Source of the DNA: an uncultured Nitrospiraceae bacterium
Lineage (GTDB): Bacteria > Nitrospirota > Nitrospiria > Nitrospirales > Nitrospiraceae
Assembly (NCBI GenBank): GCA_963846575.1
Contig: CAWJWJ010000002.1
Span: 928,001 to 992,000, forward strand
DNA length: 64,000 bases
Direction: 5' to 3'
Position 1 is the stretch's first letter. Each line of letters opens with the position of its first letter. Below the pieces are notes generated by a model that did no database searches, was not told the origin of the DNA, and saw only the letters and a program-made list of their open reading frames with translations. Below, one piece after another: positions 1-8,706 of the stretch. The position numbers were made by a program, and so were the translations under genes.

Positions 1-2
1 AT

Positions 3-722
3 GTGGATCGGCTCATGTATGTGGGGCGGTTGAACGTCAACATTCTAGGCCGGCCCGGATATGGCGAAGGCGATCTCGCCTATTCCGAAACACCGCAATT
101 GGCGGTGGGTGGAGGCTATTCCTACAATCCCGGCGTCAATACCAGCTCCGACAACGCGTTTGTCGGTCTGGACCTTGCCAATTTAAACATCCGGCGCCAA
201 CTGGCTGCCTTTGGAAACGGACGGCAACTCGGTCTCGGTATTGTGGACTATTCAACCTGGGCGGCCGATGGAATCTTCAAGTATCGCGGGTTCTCGCTCC
301 AGGGTGAGTTTTATTTCAAGAACATCAATCGCCATGAAAAAGGTTTGGCCTGCATGAACGTCGCCTGTACGGCGACGGCGCCCAATACCTTCGGTCATGC
401 CACGGGTTGGTATGTGCAGGGCGGGTATTATGTGGTTCCGCGCACGGTGGAGCTGGCAGCCCGGTTCGCCTATTGGGATCCTGATACCCACTCGGCCAAC
501 GATCTGATCAGAGAAACCGATGTGTCCTTGAACTGGTTCTTGAACGGAACCTACGATCATCAGATCATGGTGATGTACAGCAACACCCAGTTCGGGACCG
601 GCGGGTATGCAATCGGCCGGAGTGCTCCCTTACCGCCTGGTTCCGGCACGGTGCCGCTCGATGCGGTCGGCGGGACGTTGATTGAACATGCCATTCGGGT
701 GCAGTACCAGATCTTCTTCTAA
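3..722 (+). CDS. Anion-selective (OprO/OprP-like) porin, C-terminal part; runs off the window start
   Basis: Amphipathic beta-strand pattern (GFSLQGEFY, GWYVQGGYY, ELAARFAYWDP), C-terminal Phe (IRVQYQIFF), upstream of the mod genes. Confidence 0.7.
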   Translation: MDRLMYVGRLNVNILGRPGYGEGDLAYSETPQLAVGGGYSYNPGVNTSSDNAFVGLDLANLNIRRQLAAFGNGRQLGLGIVDYSTWAADGIFKYRGFSLQGEFYFKNINRHEKGLACMNVACTATAPNTFGHATGWYVQGGYYVVPRTVELAARFAYWDPDTHSANDLIRETDVSLNWFLNGTYDHQIMVMYSNTQFGTGGYAIGRSAPLPPGSGTVPLDAVGGTLIEHAIRVQYQIFF

Positions 723-909
723 GGGTGGACCTGTGAGAGGGTATTGGCAACGGTCCCGTTGTCAGCGTCTCGATCGGGCGGAGGAACGGTCCTTGGATGG
801 ACGGCTGTATCCTGTTCGTGTTCCCATACCAGTCACACGATGACGTGCTGGCACAAACCCGGAAATGAGGTGGTGTCTCCGCCGCCTCGCGAGGAAAGGA
901 GTAGGAGCA

Positions 910-1710
910 GTGCTTTTTAAGCAACATGGACGGATGCGGCGGGTTGCGGGCTGGATGGTGGCGTTCGCCATGACGGCGGTGTGCGGCGGAGGTTTCTCCT
1001 CTGCCCAGGCTGAGGAGGTGGTGGTTGCGGCCGCGTCCGACCTCAACTTCGCCATCAAGGAAATGATTGCTGAATTCGAACAACACACCGGTCATCATGT
1101 GAAACTCTCTCTGGGTTCCTCCGGGAATTTTTATGCGCAACTGCAGCAAGGGGCGCCGTTTGATCTCTATTTTTCGGCAGACATCGGGTATCCCAAAAAG
1201 CTGGAAGAAGCCGGTCTCACGGCGCCGGGCACGCTCTATCGTTATGCGGTGGGCAGGATCGTCCTGTGGGTTCCGAAGTCCTCGCCCCTCGATGTATCCA
1301 AAGGCCTGATGGTGTTGCGTGAACCGACGATCCGGAAAATTGCGATCGCCAATCCGAAACATGCGCCCTACGGTCGTGCGGCAGTGGCGGCGATGGAACA
1401 TGCGCAGGTTTATGCGGCGGTCAGGGAGCGGCTGGTGCTCGGGGAGAACATTTCGCAGGCGGCGCAGTTCATCGAATCCGGGGCCTGCGATGTCGGCATC
1501 ATCGCCCTGTCTCTGGCGATGGCCCCGGCAATGAAGAGCGCGGGCACCTATTGGGAAATTCCTGCGGACAATCATCCGGCATTGGAACAGGGCGCGATCA
1601 TCATGAAACAGTCCAAGAAGCAGGAGATCGCCCGGCAGTTTCTGGGATTCATGAAAGGCGCTCAAGGGCAGGAGATCATGACTCGTTATGGCTTCACAGT
1701 CCCGGATTAA
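910..1710 (+). CDS. modA: Molybdate ABC transporter substrate-binding protein
   Basis: Signal peptide, AAASDL, GSSG, DLYFSAD, IANPKHAPYG motifs. Start uncertain: GTG 910 follows AGGAG, ORF is open from 865. Confidence 0.95.
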   Translation: MLFKQHGRMRRVAGWMVAFAMTAVCGGGFSSAQAEEVVVAAASDLNFAIKEMIAEFEQHTGHHVKLSLGSSGNFYAQLQQGAPFDLYFSADIGYPKKLEEAGLTAPGTLYRYAVGRIVLWVPKSSPLDVSKGLMVLREPTIRKIAIANPKHAPYGRAAVAAMEHAQVYAAVRERLVLGENISQAAQFIESGACDVGIIALSLAMAPAMKSAGTYWEIPADNHPALEQGAIIMKQSKKQEIARQFLGFMKGAQGQEIMTRYGFTVPD

Positions 1711-2086
1711 AAGGGCGCTACCCCAGCTCTGCCTCCTTCTCCTGATCTCCGCCGGGGGGTGCTCCGAAGCCGTGTTGTTAACCCGGGAGTCAGAGCAGGG
1801 CGGTGTGATGACCTACAGCTATCGAGACGATCGGGGCGGTCCCATGGGATCGCCGTACAGGAAGCAGGCGCTCGACGCGATTCAGAACAAGTGTCGTGAG
1901 GGATCTCGCATCCTGCGTGAAGGGGAAGTGAAGGGGTATTCCAGCGCCGGTCTGGGCATCGTCGAAGGAACCGAAGACGAATCGAGGGGCAGGCGATGGG
2001 GGATTCAGTTTGAATGTAGGGTCTCGGGCAGTACCGTGGACCGAGGTTCTGCTGCATCCCAATCCGGCGTAGCGGGGAAGAGCTGA
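1688..2086 (+). CDS. Hypothetical lipoprotein
   Basis: Basic N-terminus, hydrophobic stretch and lipobox-like AGGC; overlaps the end of modA. Confidence 0.65.
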   Translation: MASQSRIKRALPQLCLLLLISAGGCSEAVLLTRESEQGGVMTYSYRDDRGGPMGSPYRKQALDAIQNKCREGSRILREGEVKGYSSAGLGIVEGTEDESRGRRWGIQFECRVSGSTVDRGSAASQSGVAGKS

Positions 2087-2258
2087 GCTGCGGGCTCGCC
2101 GATGTCTGGGGTTCATGCCGGTCGGAGTGAAATGGTCGGCCACGACGCCTGTGCCGGGTTAGGTGAGTCTATGGGCGTCGTCGATCTGCCTGTCGTGGTT
2201 GTTAGTCGGCATGACCGATGTAGATCGAACGGTCGCCTCAACAGGAAGGAGAACTGCC

Positions 2259-2462
2259 ATGAAACTGAGCGCCAGGAATCAATTTCAAGGAACGGTGACT
2301 CACATCACTGAAGGCCAAGCCATGGCCGAGGTCGTCGTGAAGGTCGGAAATCTGGAGTTCGTGGCCGCCATCACCGAAGGGTCCGTCAAGAGCATGGGAC
2401 TCCAGATGAACGACAGGGTGACCGTCGCCGTGAAGGCCACGGAAGTTATGATCGGAAAATGA
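2259..2462 (+). CDS. Molbindin/Mop single TOBE-domain protein
   Basis: MKLSARNQFQG...AAIT..S...MGL....V.VAVKATEVMI; AGGAG RBS. Confidence 0.93.
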   Translation: MKLSARNQFQGTVTHITEGQAMAEVVVKVGNLEFVAAITEGSVKSMGLQMNDRVTVAVKATEVMIGK

Positions 2463-2544
2463 GCGGAGCGAAGTTGACCTTCTCCGGCGCTGTCCGTGAC
2501 AATACGCCGCCCGGAACGGCTCCGACGATGATTGGGACAGACGT

Positions 2545-3219
2545 GTGAACTGGATTGCAATCTGGGTGACGTTCAAACTGGCCGCGCTCACGGCGCTGGT
2601 GCTCTTGATCATCGGGCTTCCCATTGCCTATTGGGTCAGTTTTTCGCGGAGGCGATGGAAATTTATCGTGGAGTCGGTGGTGGCGCTGCCGTTGGTGCTG
2701 CCGCCGACCGTGCTCGGGTTCTACATCCTTGTCGCCATCGGCCCGCACAGTCCCTTCGGGCGGTTGTATAACGATCTCGTCGGGCATCCTCTGCCCTTTA
2801 CCTTCGAAGGTTTGCTGTTCGCCTCCATTCTCTACAGCCTCCCTTTTGCCGTGCAACCGTTTGCCGCCGCCTTCGAGCAGGTCGACCGGCGGCTCATCGA
2901 AGCGTCCTGGACGCTGGGCGTCTCGAAGCTCAAGACCTTTTTCAAGCTGATCGTGCCGCTTTCGAAGGCCGGTTTGGTGACCGGCGCCGTCCTGAGCTTC
3001 GCCCATACGATGGGGGAATTCGGGGTCGTTCTGATGGTCGGAGGCAATCTCGAAGGTGAGACACGCACGGTCTCGATCGATATCTACGATGAAGTGCAGG
3101 CCCTCAATTATGCCGGTGCCGCCAAGACTGCGCTCTTTCTACTGGTCGTCTCCTATGCCGTCCTGCTCCTGGTCTATGCGGTCAATCGAAATGTGTGGGC
3201 AGCATGGCCGCAGAAATAG
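2545..3219 (+). CDS. modB: Molybdate ABC transporter permease
   Basis: LPLVLPPTVLGFY, EAS-loop, FAHTMGEFG motifs. Confidence 0.95.
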   Translation: MNWIAIWVTFKLAALTALVLLIIGLPIAYWVSFSRRRWKFIVESVVALPLVLPPTVLGFYILVAIGPHSPFGRLYNDLVGHPLPFTFEGLLFASILYSLPFAVQPFAAAFEQVDRRLIEASWTLGVSKLKTFFKLIVPLSKAGLVTGAVLSFAHTMGEFGVVLMVGGNLEGETRTVSIDIYDEVQALNYAGAAKTALFLLVVSYAVLLLVYAVNRNVWAAWPQK

Positions 3220-4298
3220 CCATTCAGATCCTCAAGACCTTCCCTGGCCGTGGGCCGATTCGAGCCAGGATCCGCTATTCCATCGAGTCATCGACCGTCT
3301 TGATCCTCTTCGGTCCCTCGGGGTCCGGCAAGACGACGATTCTCAGATGCCTGGCAGGGCTGGAATGGCCGGAAGAGGGGAGCATCCGGTTCGTGTCCAG
3401 ACTGTGGCTGGACACCAAAGCAGGAATACGAGTCCCGCCGCAGCATCGACATGTCGGCTACATGCCGCAAGACTATGCGCTGTTTCCGACCCATACCGTG
3501 GCAGGAAATATTGCCTATGGACTCGGTCATTTGTCCGGCGTGGAGCGTCAGAAACGTGTGGACGAGATGGTGGATCTGTTTCAATTGCACGGCCTGGAGG
3601 CCGCGAAACCCCGTGAACTGTCCGGCGGCCAACAACAGCGGGTCGCGCTTGCTCGAGCGGTCGCACCTCGGCCGCTGCTGCTCCTGCTCGACGAACCGTT
3701 GTCCGCGCTGGATGCCCCGACGCGGTTGCATCTGAGAGACGACTTACGCAGCCTCCTCAAGCAGTTGGCCCTGCCGTCGATCATCGTCACGCACGACTGG
3801 ACGGAGGCTCTGACGCTTGGCGACGTCATGGCCGTTATCAATGAGGGCGACGTGTTGCAGGTTGGAGCGCCGATCGAGGTCTTCAGCCGTCCGCAAGACG
3901 CAACCGTGGCGCGCATCGTCGGAGTAGAGACGGTGGTGAAGGGCAGAGTCGTCGGATCGGCAAGCGGCATGTTGCAGGTGAGAGTCAATGGCACGACATT
4001 AACCGCCGTCGAGGGTGAATCGGAGGGACCTGATGTATTTGTCTGCATCCGATCGGAAGATGTGGTCTTGGAGCGAGGCCAGACGCACGTCAGCAGCGCG
4101 CGCAATCACGTGTCTGGAATGGTCACGACGGTGACCCGTCTTGGGGCCTTGGCGCGGGTCACGATCGATTGCGGGTTTCCGCTTGTGGCCATGGTGACTC
4201 ATTCAGCCGTGGAAGAGTTCGGGCTGGGTTCCGGTGTTCCCGTGGTGGCGGCCATTAAGGCCGGCGCCGTTCATCTGGTGTCGAGACAAGGCGACTAG
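3204..4298 (+). CDS. modC: Molybdate ABC transporter ATPase with C-terminal TOBE domains
   Basis: Walker A GPSGSGKT, LSGGQQQR, LLLDEP, C-terminal SSARN TOBE motif. Confidence 0.93.
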   Translation: MAAEIAIQILKTFPGRGPIRARIRYSIESSTVLILFGPSGSGKTTILRCLAGLEWPEEGSIRFVSRLWLDTKAGIRVPPQHRHVGYMPQDYALFPTHTVAGNIAYGLGHLSGVERQKRVDEMVDLFQLHGLEAAKPRELSGGQQQRVALARAVAPRPLLLLLDEPLSALDAPTRLHLRDDLRSLLKQLALPSIIVTHDWTEALTLGDVMAVINEGDVLQVGAPIEVFSRPQDATVARIVGVETVVKGRVVGSASGMLQVRVNGTTLTAVEGESEGPDVFVCIRSEDVVLERGQTHVSSARNHVSGMVTTVTRLGALARVTIDCGFPLVAMVTHSAVEEFGLGSGVPVVAAIKAGAVHLVSRQGD

Positions 4299-4354
4299 AG
4301 GATGGTAAACGACCGAAGACGCGAGAAGTTGGGCTCAGGGCAGCTGGCGGTTGG

Positions 4355-5089
4355 TTAAAACGCCCCGGTGATACTGGCGCCGAACTTGTCCCGCACAATA
4401 GGGGTGGCTTCCTCGATGTTCAGATGTTTCTGGAGTACGTGGGCCACCGATCGCATTTTGTACGCTCGGGACGGACCTTCCTTTCCCTGCTCCGTGACCA
4501 GCACGTCGGCGACGCAGAGATAGGTCACATCATCGCTCTGTTGCGGCTGCGCCATGCCGGGATACCCGCCCCGGCCGCTCATGGCCATCCGCATCAGGGC
4601 ATTCATGTCCGGCATGGCCCCGCCATTCAGTCCCATGGCGCGCATCGCTTGCCCGTTCATGCCGCCGGGCATTCCCGGGAACAGGCCGCCCATCGCCTCC
4701 ATGTCGACTCCGCCAGCGTTGGCAAGAGGGGTTCCTCCGCTGCCGATGCCCGCGCCGAAACCAGCCTTGGCGACCGCCTCGGGTCTGACTCCCTCTCCTG
4801 CCTTGTGGCAATACACGACCTGGGTCTGTAGCCAATAGTCCGCGTCCACCGGGTCCTTGACGACGTGGTAGCCCTTTGCGCTCAGCCTGGTTGGAATGTC
4901 CGAGGGGGTTGCGCCTTGGTTTTCGGAGGTGTTGCGGATCTGCACATAGACGGTACGTGCGGCACTCGGAGGCAGCAGTATGGAGGTATCGTTGACCAGC
5001 CCGGATCGCAACACGTTGCTGCAACCCGTCAACAGAAGCAGGCCGGCAACCATGCTGCTCATTGCACCGTGGGTGAGGTGCCTGCGCAT
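4355..5089 (-). CDS. TraT-like lipoprotein with Met/Gly-rich insert
   Basis: Lipobox LTGC; RTVYVQIRNTS...AKGY.VV.DP..A.YWLQ and C-terminal SITGAF typical of TraT. Confidence 0.8.
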   Translation of the reverse strand: MRRHLTHGAMSSMVAGLLLLTGCSNVLRSGLVNDTSILLPPSAARTVYVQIRNTSENQGATPSDIPTRLSAKGYHVVKDPVDADYWLQTQVVYCHKAGEGVRPEAVAKAGFGAGIGSGGTPLANAGGVDMEAMGGLFPGMPGGMNGQAMRAMGLNGGAMPDMNALMRMAMSGRGGYPGMAQPQQSDDVTYLCVADVLVTEQGKEGPSRAYKMRSVAHVLQKHLNIEEATPIVRDKFGASITGAF

Positions 5090-5111
5090 CGTTGATCCCT
5101 CCAGCGCCAGT

Positions 5112-5831
5112 TCAGAAGTGTCCTGCCACCGCCGCGCTCAGTCGCTGCTGCACCAGTGGAGTCGCTTCCTGTTCATCGAGTTTCTTCTGAAGCACGCTCG
5201 CCGCCAATCGCGTTTGGTACACCCCGATCGGGGGCTGCATGCCGGCTTGGGACACAGGCATGCTCCCGCCCGTTTTGACGAGCTCTGTGATCTGAAGATC
5301 CGCGATGCAGGCGTAATTGATGTTCTCATTGGCATCGGGCCGCGACGGTCCGCCGAACATGTTGCCCACGGCACTTCCAAGCCCCTCCGCGGCATTCAGC
5401 CCCATGCTGGCCGCGCCCCCGACCAGGGCACCCTGCGGACCAGCCATGCTCGCCATTCCGGTCAATCCGTGCAGCCCGGACAGGATCGAGCTTCCGATTC
5501 CCGAGCCATACCCACCGGCGACCATGTCCTCCACCGGCAACTCGACCTTGGTTTGGTTGCAGTAGACGATGTTGGTCAGTACCACGTAGGCCGCGGCTTT
5601 GGGATCCTGCACGACCTGGTACCCTTTGGCGCTTAGTCGCGAGGCCAGGTCGGTGAGCGACACGTCCTGATTGTCGGAAGAGTTTCGATTCTGGAGGAAG
5701 ACCGTTCGCGCCGTTGAGGGCGCCAGGATGATGCTGTTGCTGGCCAGGAGATCGGTGTCGCGAACGTTGGCCGAGCAACCGGCCACCAGGAGTATCGCTG
5801 CCAGAAACCCAACGAAGGAGCCTGGAGCCAT
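5112..5831 (-). CDS. TraT-like lipoprotein (paralog)
   Basis: Lipobox VAGC; RTVFLQNRNSS, AKGYQVVQDP, glycine zipper, YACIADLQITE, AVAGHF. Confidence 0.8.
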   Translation of the reverse strand: MAPGSFVGFLAAILLVAGCSANVRDTDLLASNSIILAPSTARTVFLQNRNSSDNQDVSLTDLASRLSAKGYQVVQDPKAAAYVVLTNIVYCNQTKVELPVEDMVAGGYGSGIGSSILSGLHGLTGMASMAGPQGALVGGAASMGLNAAEGLGSAVGNMFGGPSRPDANENINYACIADLQITELVKTGGSMPVSQAGMQPPIGVYQTRLAASVLQKKLDEQEATPLVQQRLSAAVAGHF

Positions 5832-5979
5832 CTGCGCGTTCCCGGGAAGTGTGAGGTTGCCGGCCAGAGACAATCGCGGCGCATTCTAGGTGAATCCCGC
5901 CCGGCTTTGCAATCAAAAGAGTGGCAAAAATCACGGGATAAATAATGAAAAAAAATTCTCGAAACCTCTCCCCAAAATC

Positions 5980-6241
5980 TGTGGATATCTCTGTTGATAG
6001 TCTCTCCGCGGTAGGCCAACAGTCCCGCTAATTCATGCCGCATACCATGTTGCCTATTTTTTAGGCATAGGAAGATATATTGTCTTGACCACAACATATA
6101 GTGGAACGCAGCGGCATTGTATGTATTAGCAAACACGTTCTAGACGGACGCGAATAACGTCCTGAACGGCGGGTGAGCAGCTTGTTTATTCGCGGAGGGT
6201 CGCAAATCTCTGTTGACTTATGCACAGAATGGTTCTGTGCA
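5980..6241. promoter_or_regulatory. Cluster of DnaA-box-like 9-mers, an NrdR-box-like palindrome and inverted repeats
   Basis: TGTGGATAT 5980, TGTTGATAG 5992, TTATGCACA 6218; CCACAACATATAGTGG 6089-6104; TGCCTA-N5-TAGGCA 6051-6067; TGCACAGAA-N3-TTCTGTGCA 6221-6241. Confidence 0.5.
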
Positions 6242-6642
6242 AGGGGGTGATCACGACCCTGTAAGTTACAATAACCGCTTTGGAAGAGCCTGCCGGAATA
6301 GTCAAGAACGTACCGCCTCTATTTCTTGGACACCCGGTTGATGAAATCCACACCGTGCCCGCTATGGCCAGTCGGTCGCAGCGCACTTGGGCCGGAACGC
6401 GAACGTCATGTCCGTGTCATGCAATGAGCCACTCCTCACCGGTGGAGGCCGTTTGGGGCCCATGTGTGGTCGCCGGCGAGACGGGAGTGGCCTGACGGGC
6501 TTGTTGGGCAGAGAACGTCGCTTGAGACAGCCCGACTCCTCAGCGGAGCCAGGCCGGAGCCGATGCGTGCCTCGGCTGTTGCCAGGCACGCATCGCCCCC
6601 ACCTGTTTCAATGTACCTGCTTATGGACGCTTGCGGTCGTCC

Positions 6643-6993
6643 TTAGTAGGCCTTGCTGAATCCGGCTTCGCCGTCGTAGTTCCACAACTTTTGCGCGGCG
6701 GACCACCACCAGCCTTGTCGGGTCAGGGCGTCCAGGAACACATTGACATCCGCGTCCTGCACGTCTTTGGTCGCCATGAACCGGCAGCGGTACCAATTCA
6801 CCTGCAGCAGATCCGGACTCACGAAGCCGGGCCAGACCTTCGTGCCACGATTCGAGATGAATTCACATTTGAACGGTCCGATGTCCTCGAACGCCGGGAT
6901 CCCCTTCTCGGTGATAATGTACATATCGATCCCGACTAGGGTGATCTGGCGCTTTTTTTTCGTCGCTTTCGCAGTGTGAGTGAATGTCAGCAT
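6643..6993 (-). CDS. Stand-alone isocitrate dehydrogenase C-terminal-domain protein
   Basis: LVGIDMYI, ISNRGTKVWP, WYRCRF, YDGEAGFSKAY resemble the C-terminal extension of long bacterial IDHs; adjacent to icd. Confidence 0.75.
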   Translation of the reverse strand: MLTFTHTAKATKKKRQITLVGIDMYIITEKGIPAFEDIGPFKCEFISNRGTKVWPGFVSPDLLQVNWYRCRFMATKDVQDADVNVFLDALTRQGWWWSAAQKLWNYDGEAGFSKAY

Positions 6994-7031
6994 CGCGCTT
7001 CTCCTTTTCCATTCAGCGAGTGATCTCGCGC

Positions 7032-8048
7032 TTAGGCCGTTGCATGCATTTGATCTACGATGGCTTGCGCGTACTCATCCGTTGACGCGGTTCCACCGAC
7101 GTCATACGTCACGTGTTTTCGCTGATCGAGGACCGCAAACATGGCCTTTGTAATCCGATCGGCTGCCGTGTGCTCCTTTAGCCAGCGTAGCATCATGATT
7201 CCGGAGACCAGCACAGCCGACGGATTGACCTTCTTCATCCCGGCGTACTTCGGCGCGGATCCATGCACCGCTTCGAAGATCGCGCAGTCGTCGCCGACAT
7301 TGGCGCCCGGCGCGAAGCCGAGGCCGCCCACCAGGCCGGCGCACAGGTCCGTGAGGATGTCGCCGTACAGATTCGGGAGCACCAAGCAATCAAACTGCGC
7401 CGGATTTCTCACGAGCTGCATGCAGCAATTATCCACGATGATGTCGCCGGATTCGATATCGGGATATTTCTTCGCGACCTCTCGGAAGGCATCGAGAAAG
7501 AGGCCATCGGTCATCTTCATGATGTTGGCCTTGTGAACGCAGTAGACCTTCTTGCGTCCGTTCTCTTGGGCCCACTTGAAGGCGAAGTCGGCGATGCGAT
7601 AGGAGCCAGGCCAGGTAATGACCTTCAAACATTGCGCGACTTCGTCTGACACCATATGCTCGATGGCCGCGTAGCAATCCTCGGTGTTCTCCCGAAAGTT
7701 CAGGATATCGATCTTGTCCCAGGGCCGCTTGAGCACCGGGATCAGTTTCGCAGGCCGCACGTTGGCGTAAAGATCGAACACCTTCCGGAGCGTCACATTC
7801 GCGCTCTTGTGACCGGTTCCGACCGGCGTGGTGGTAGGGCCTTTCAGCGCGATCTTGTTTTTGGCGATGGCTTGCACTGTCTTGTCCGGCAGCAACGTGC
7901 CGTGCTTATCCAAGCAGTCCAGTCCGATCTCTTCATACTCCCATTTGATATCGACACCGCTGGCATCGATCACAAGCCGGACCGCTTCGCAAATTTCCGG
8001 GCCGGTGCCCTCTCCCGGTAACATCGTCACGACATGCTGTGTGGCCAT
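7032..8048 (-). CDS. icd: Isocitrate dehydrogenase catalytic subunit, probably NADP-type
   Basis: SANVTLRK...NVRP isocitrate motif, HKANIMK, NLYGDILTD, HGSAPKYAG (Lys-Tyr as in NADP enzymes). Confidence 0.9.
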   Translation of the reverse strand: MATQHVVTMLPGEGTGPEICEAVRLVIDASGVDIKWEYEEIGLDCLDKHGTLLPDKTVQAIAKNKIALKGPTTTPVGTGHKSANVTLRKVFDLYANVRPAKLIPVLKRPWDKIDILNFRENTEDCYAAIEHMVSDEVAQCLKVITWPGSYRIADFAFKWAQENGRKKVYCVHKANIMKMTDGLFLDAFREVAKKYPDIESGDIIVDNCCMQLVRNPAQFDCLVLPNLYGDILTDLCAGLVGGLGFAPGANVGDDCAIFEAVHGSAPKYAGMKKVNPSAVLVSGIMMLRWLKEHTAADRITKAMFAVLDQRKHVTYDVGGTASTDEYAQAIVDQMHATA

Positions 8049-8706
8049 GAACAAATCTCCCTTAAGCAGCAAGAGGTGTCGGACCATCCGCTCCCTCGGT
8101 TGGAGATCACTGCAAGTCAGGTTCCAGACTGGCCGACGACTGCCGTGGGCCAGGAGGCCCGGAGTTTCCCTGTTATTTCTCGGCTCGTCGCGGCCTGGAG
8201 TGTCCGGCGAAGCAGCATCCTTCCCGGGCCTGATGGACATTCCGTGCATCGCCACACGAGCTGCACCGCGGCCGGTGCGCCACTGCTCGACGCTCTCATC
8301 TCAGACTGTGATACGACGACAGATATCGGGGGTGAGAGAGGGGTAGGTCGCAGGGCACATAGTGCGCCGTGACTATTGGGCTTGACAGAGTTGCGCCCGG
8401 AATCGCTCGTCTAGGCTGAAGCGTGACGTGATGACCAGAGGCGGATAATCACCGGGAGAATCCGGCAGGCGTAAGTATGGTGACAACCGATGCCGGGGTC
8501 CTGAACTGCACAACGTCCTGGCTCTTGTGGTACGGTTGAATCGATCGGCTCCCGGACGTTCCCCCAGGTTTCGTATGCCGCCAACCGTCTCATTCCTCTA
8601 CACTCACCACCGCACGGCCCAGGGTATCTTGTGCAATCGGGTTCAGACAGTGTTTCTAACCCTTGCCACAGAACCTTGGCAGAAATCCCGCTGGTGCATC
8701 CCGCGG

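Noticed and set aside
565..1665. Long antisense ORFs (also 10333-11346, 15029-16294, 62264-63370)
   Set aside because: Shadows of well-supported genes on the opposite strand in GC-rich DNA
4355..5831. Conjugative element implied by TraT
   Set aside because: No relaxase, T4SS or integrase nearby; sits among core genes
7032..8048. leuB (isopropylmalate dehydrogenase)
   Set aside because: SxNxxxR isocitrate motif and adjacent IDH tail domain
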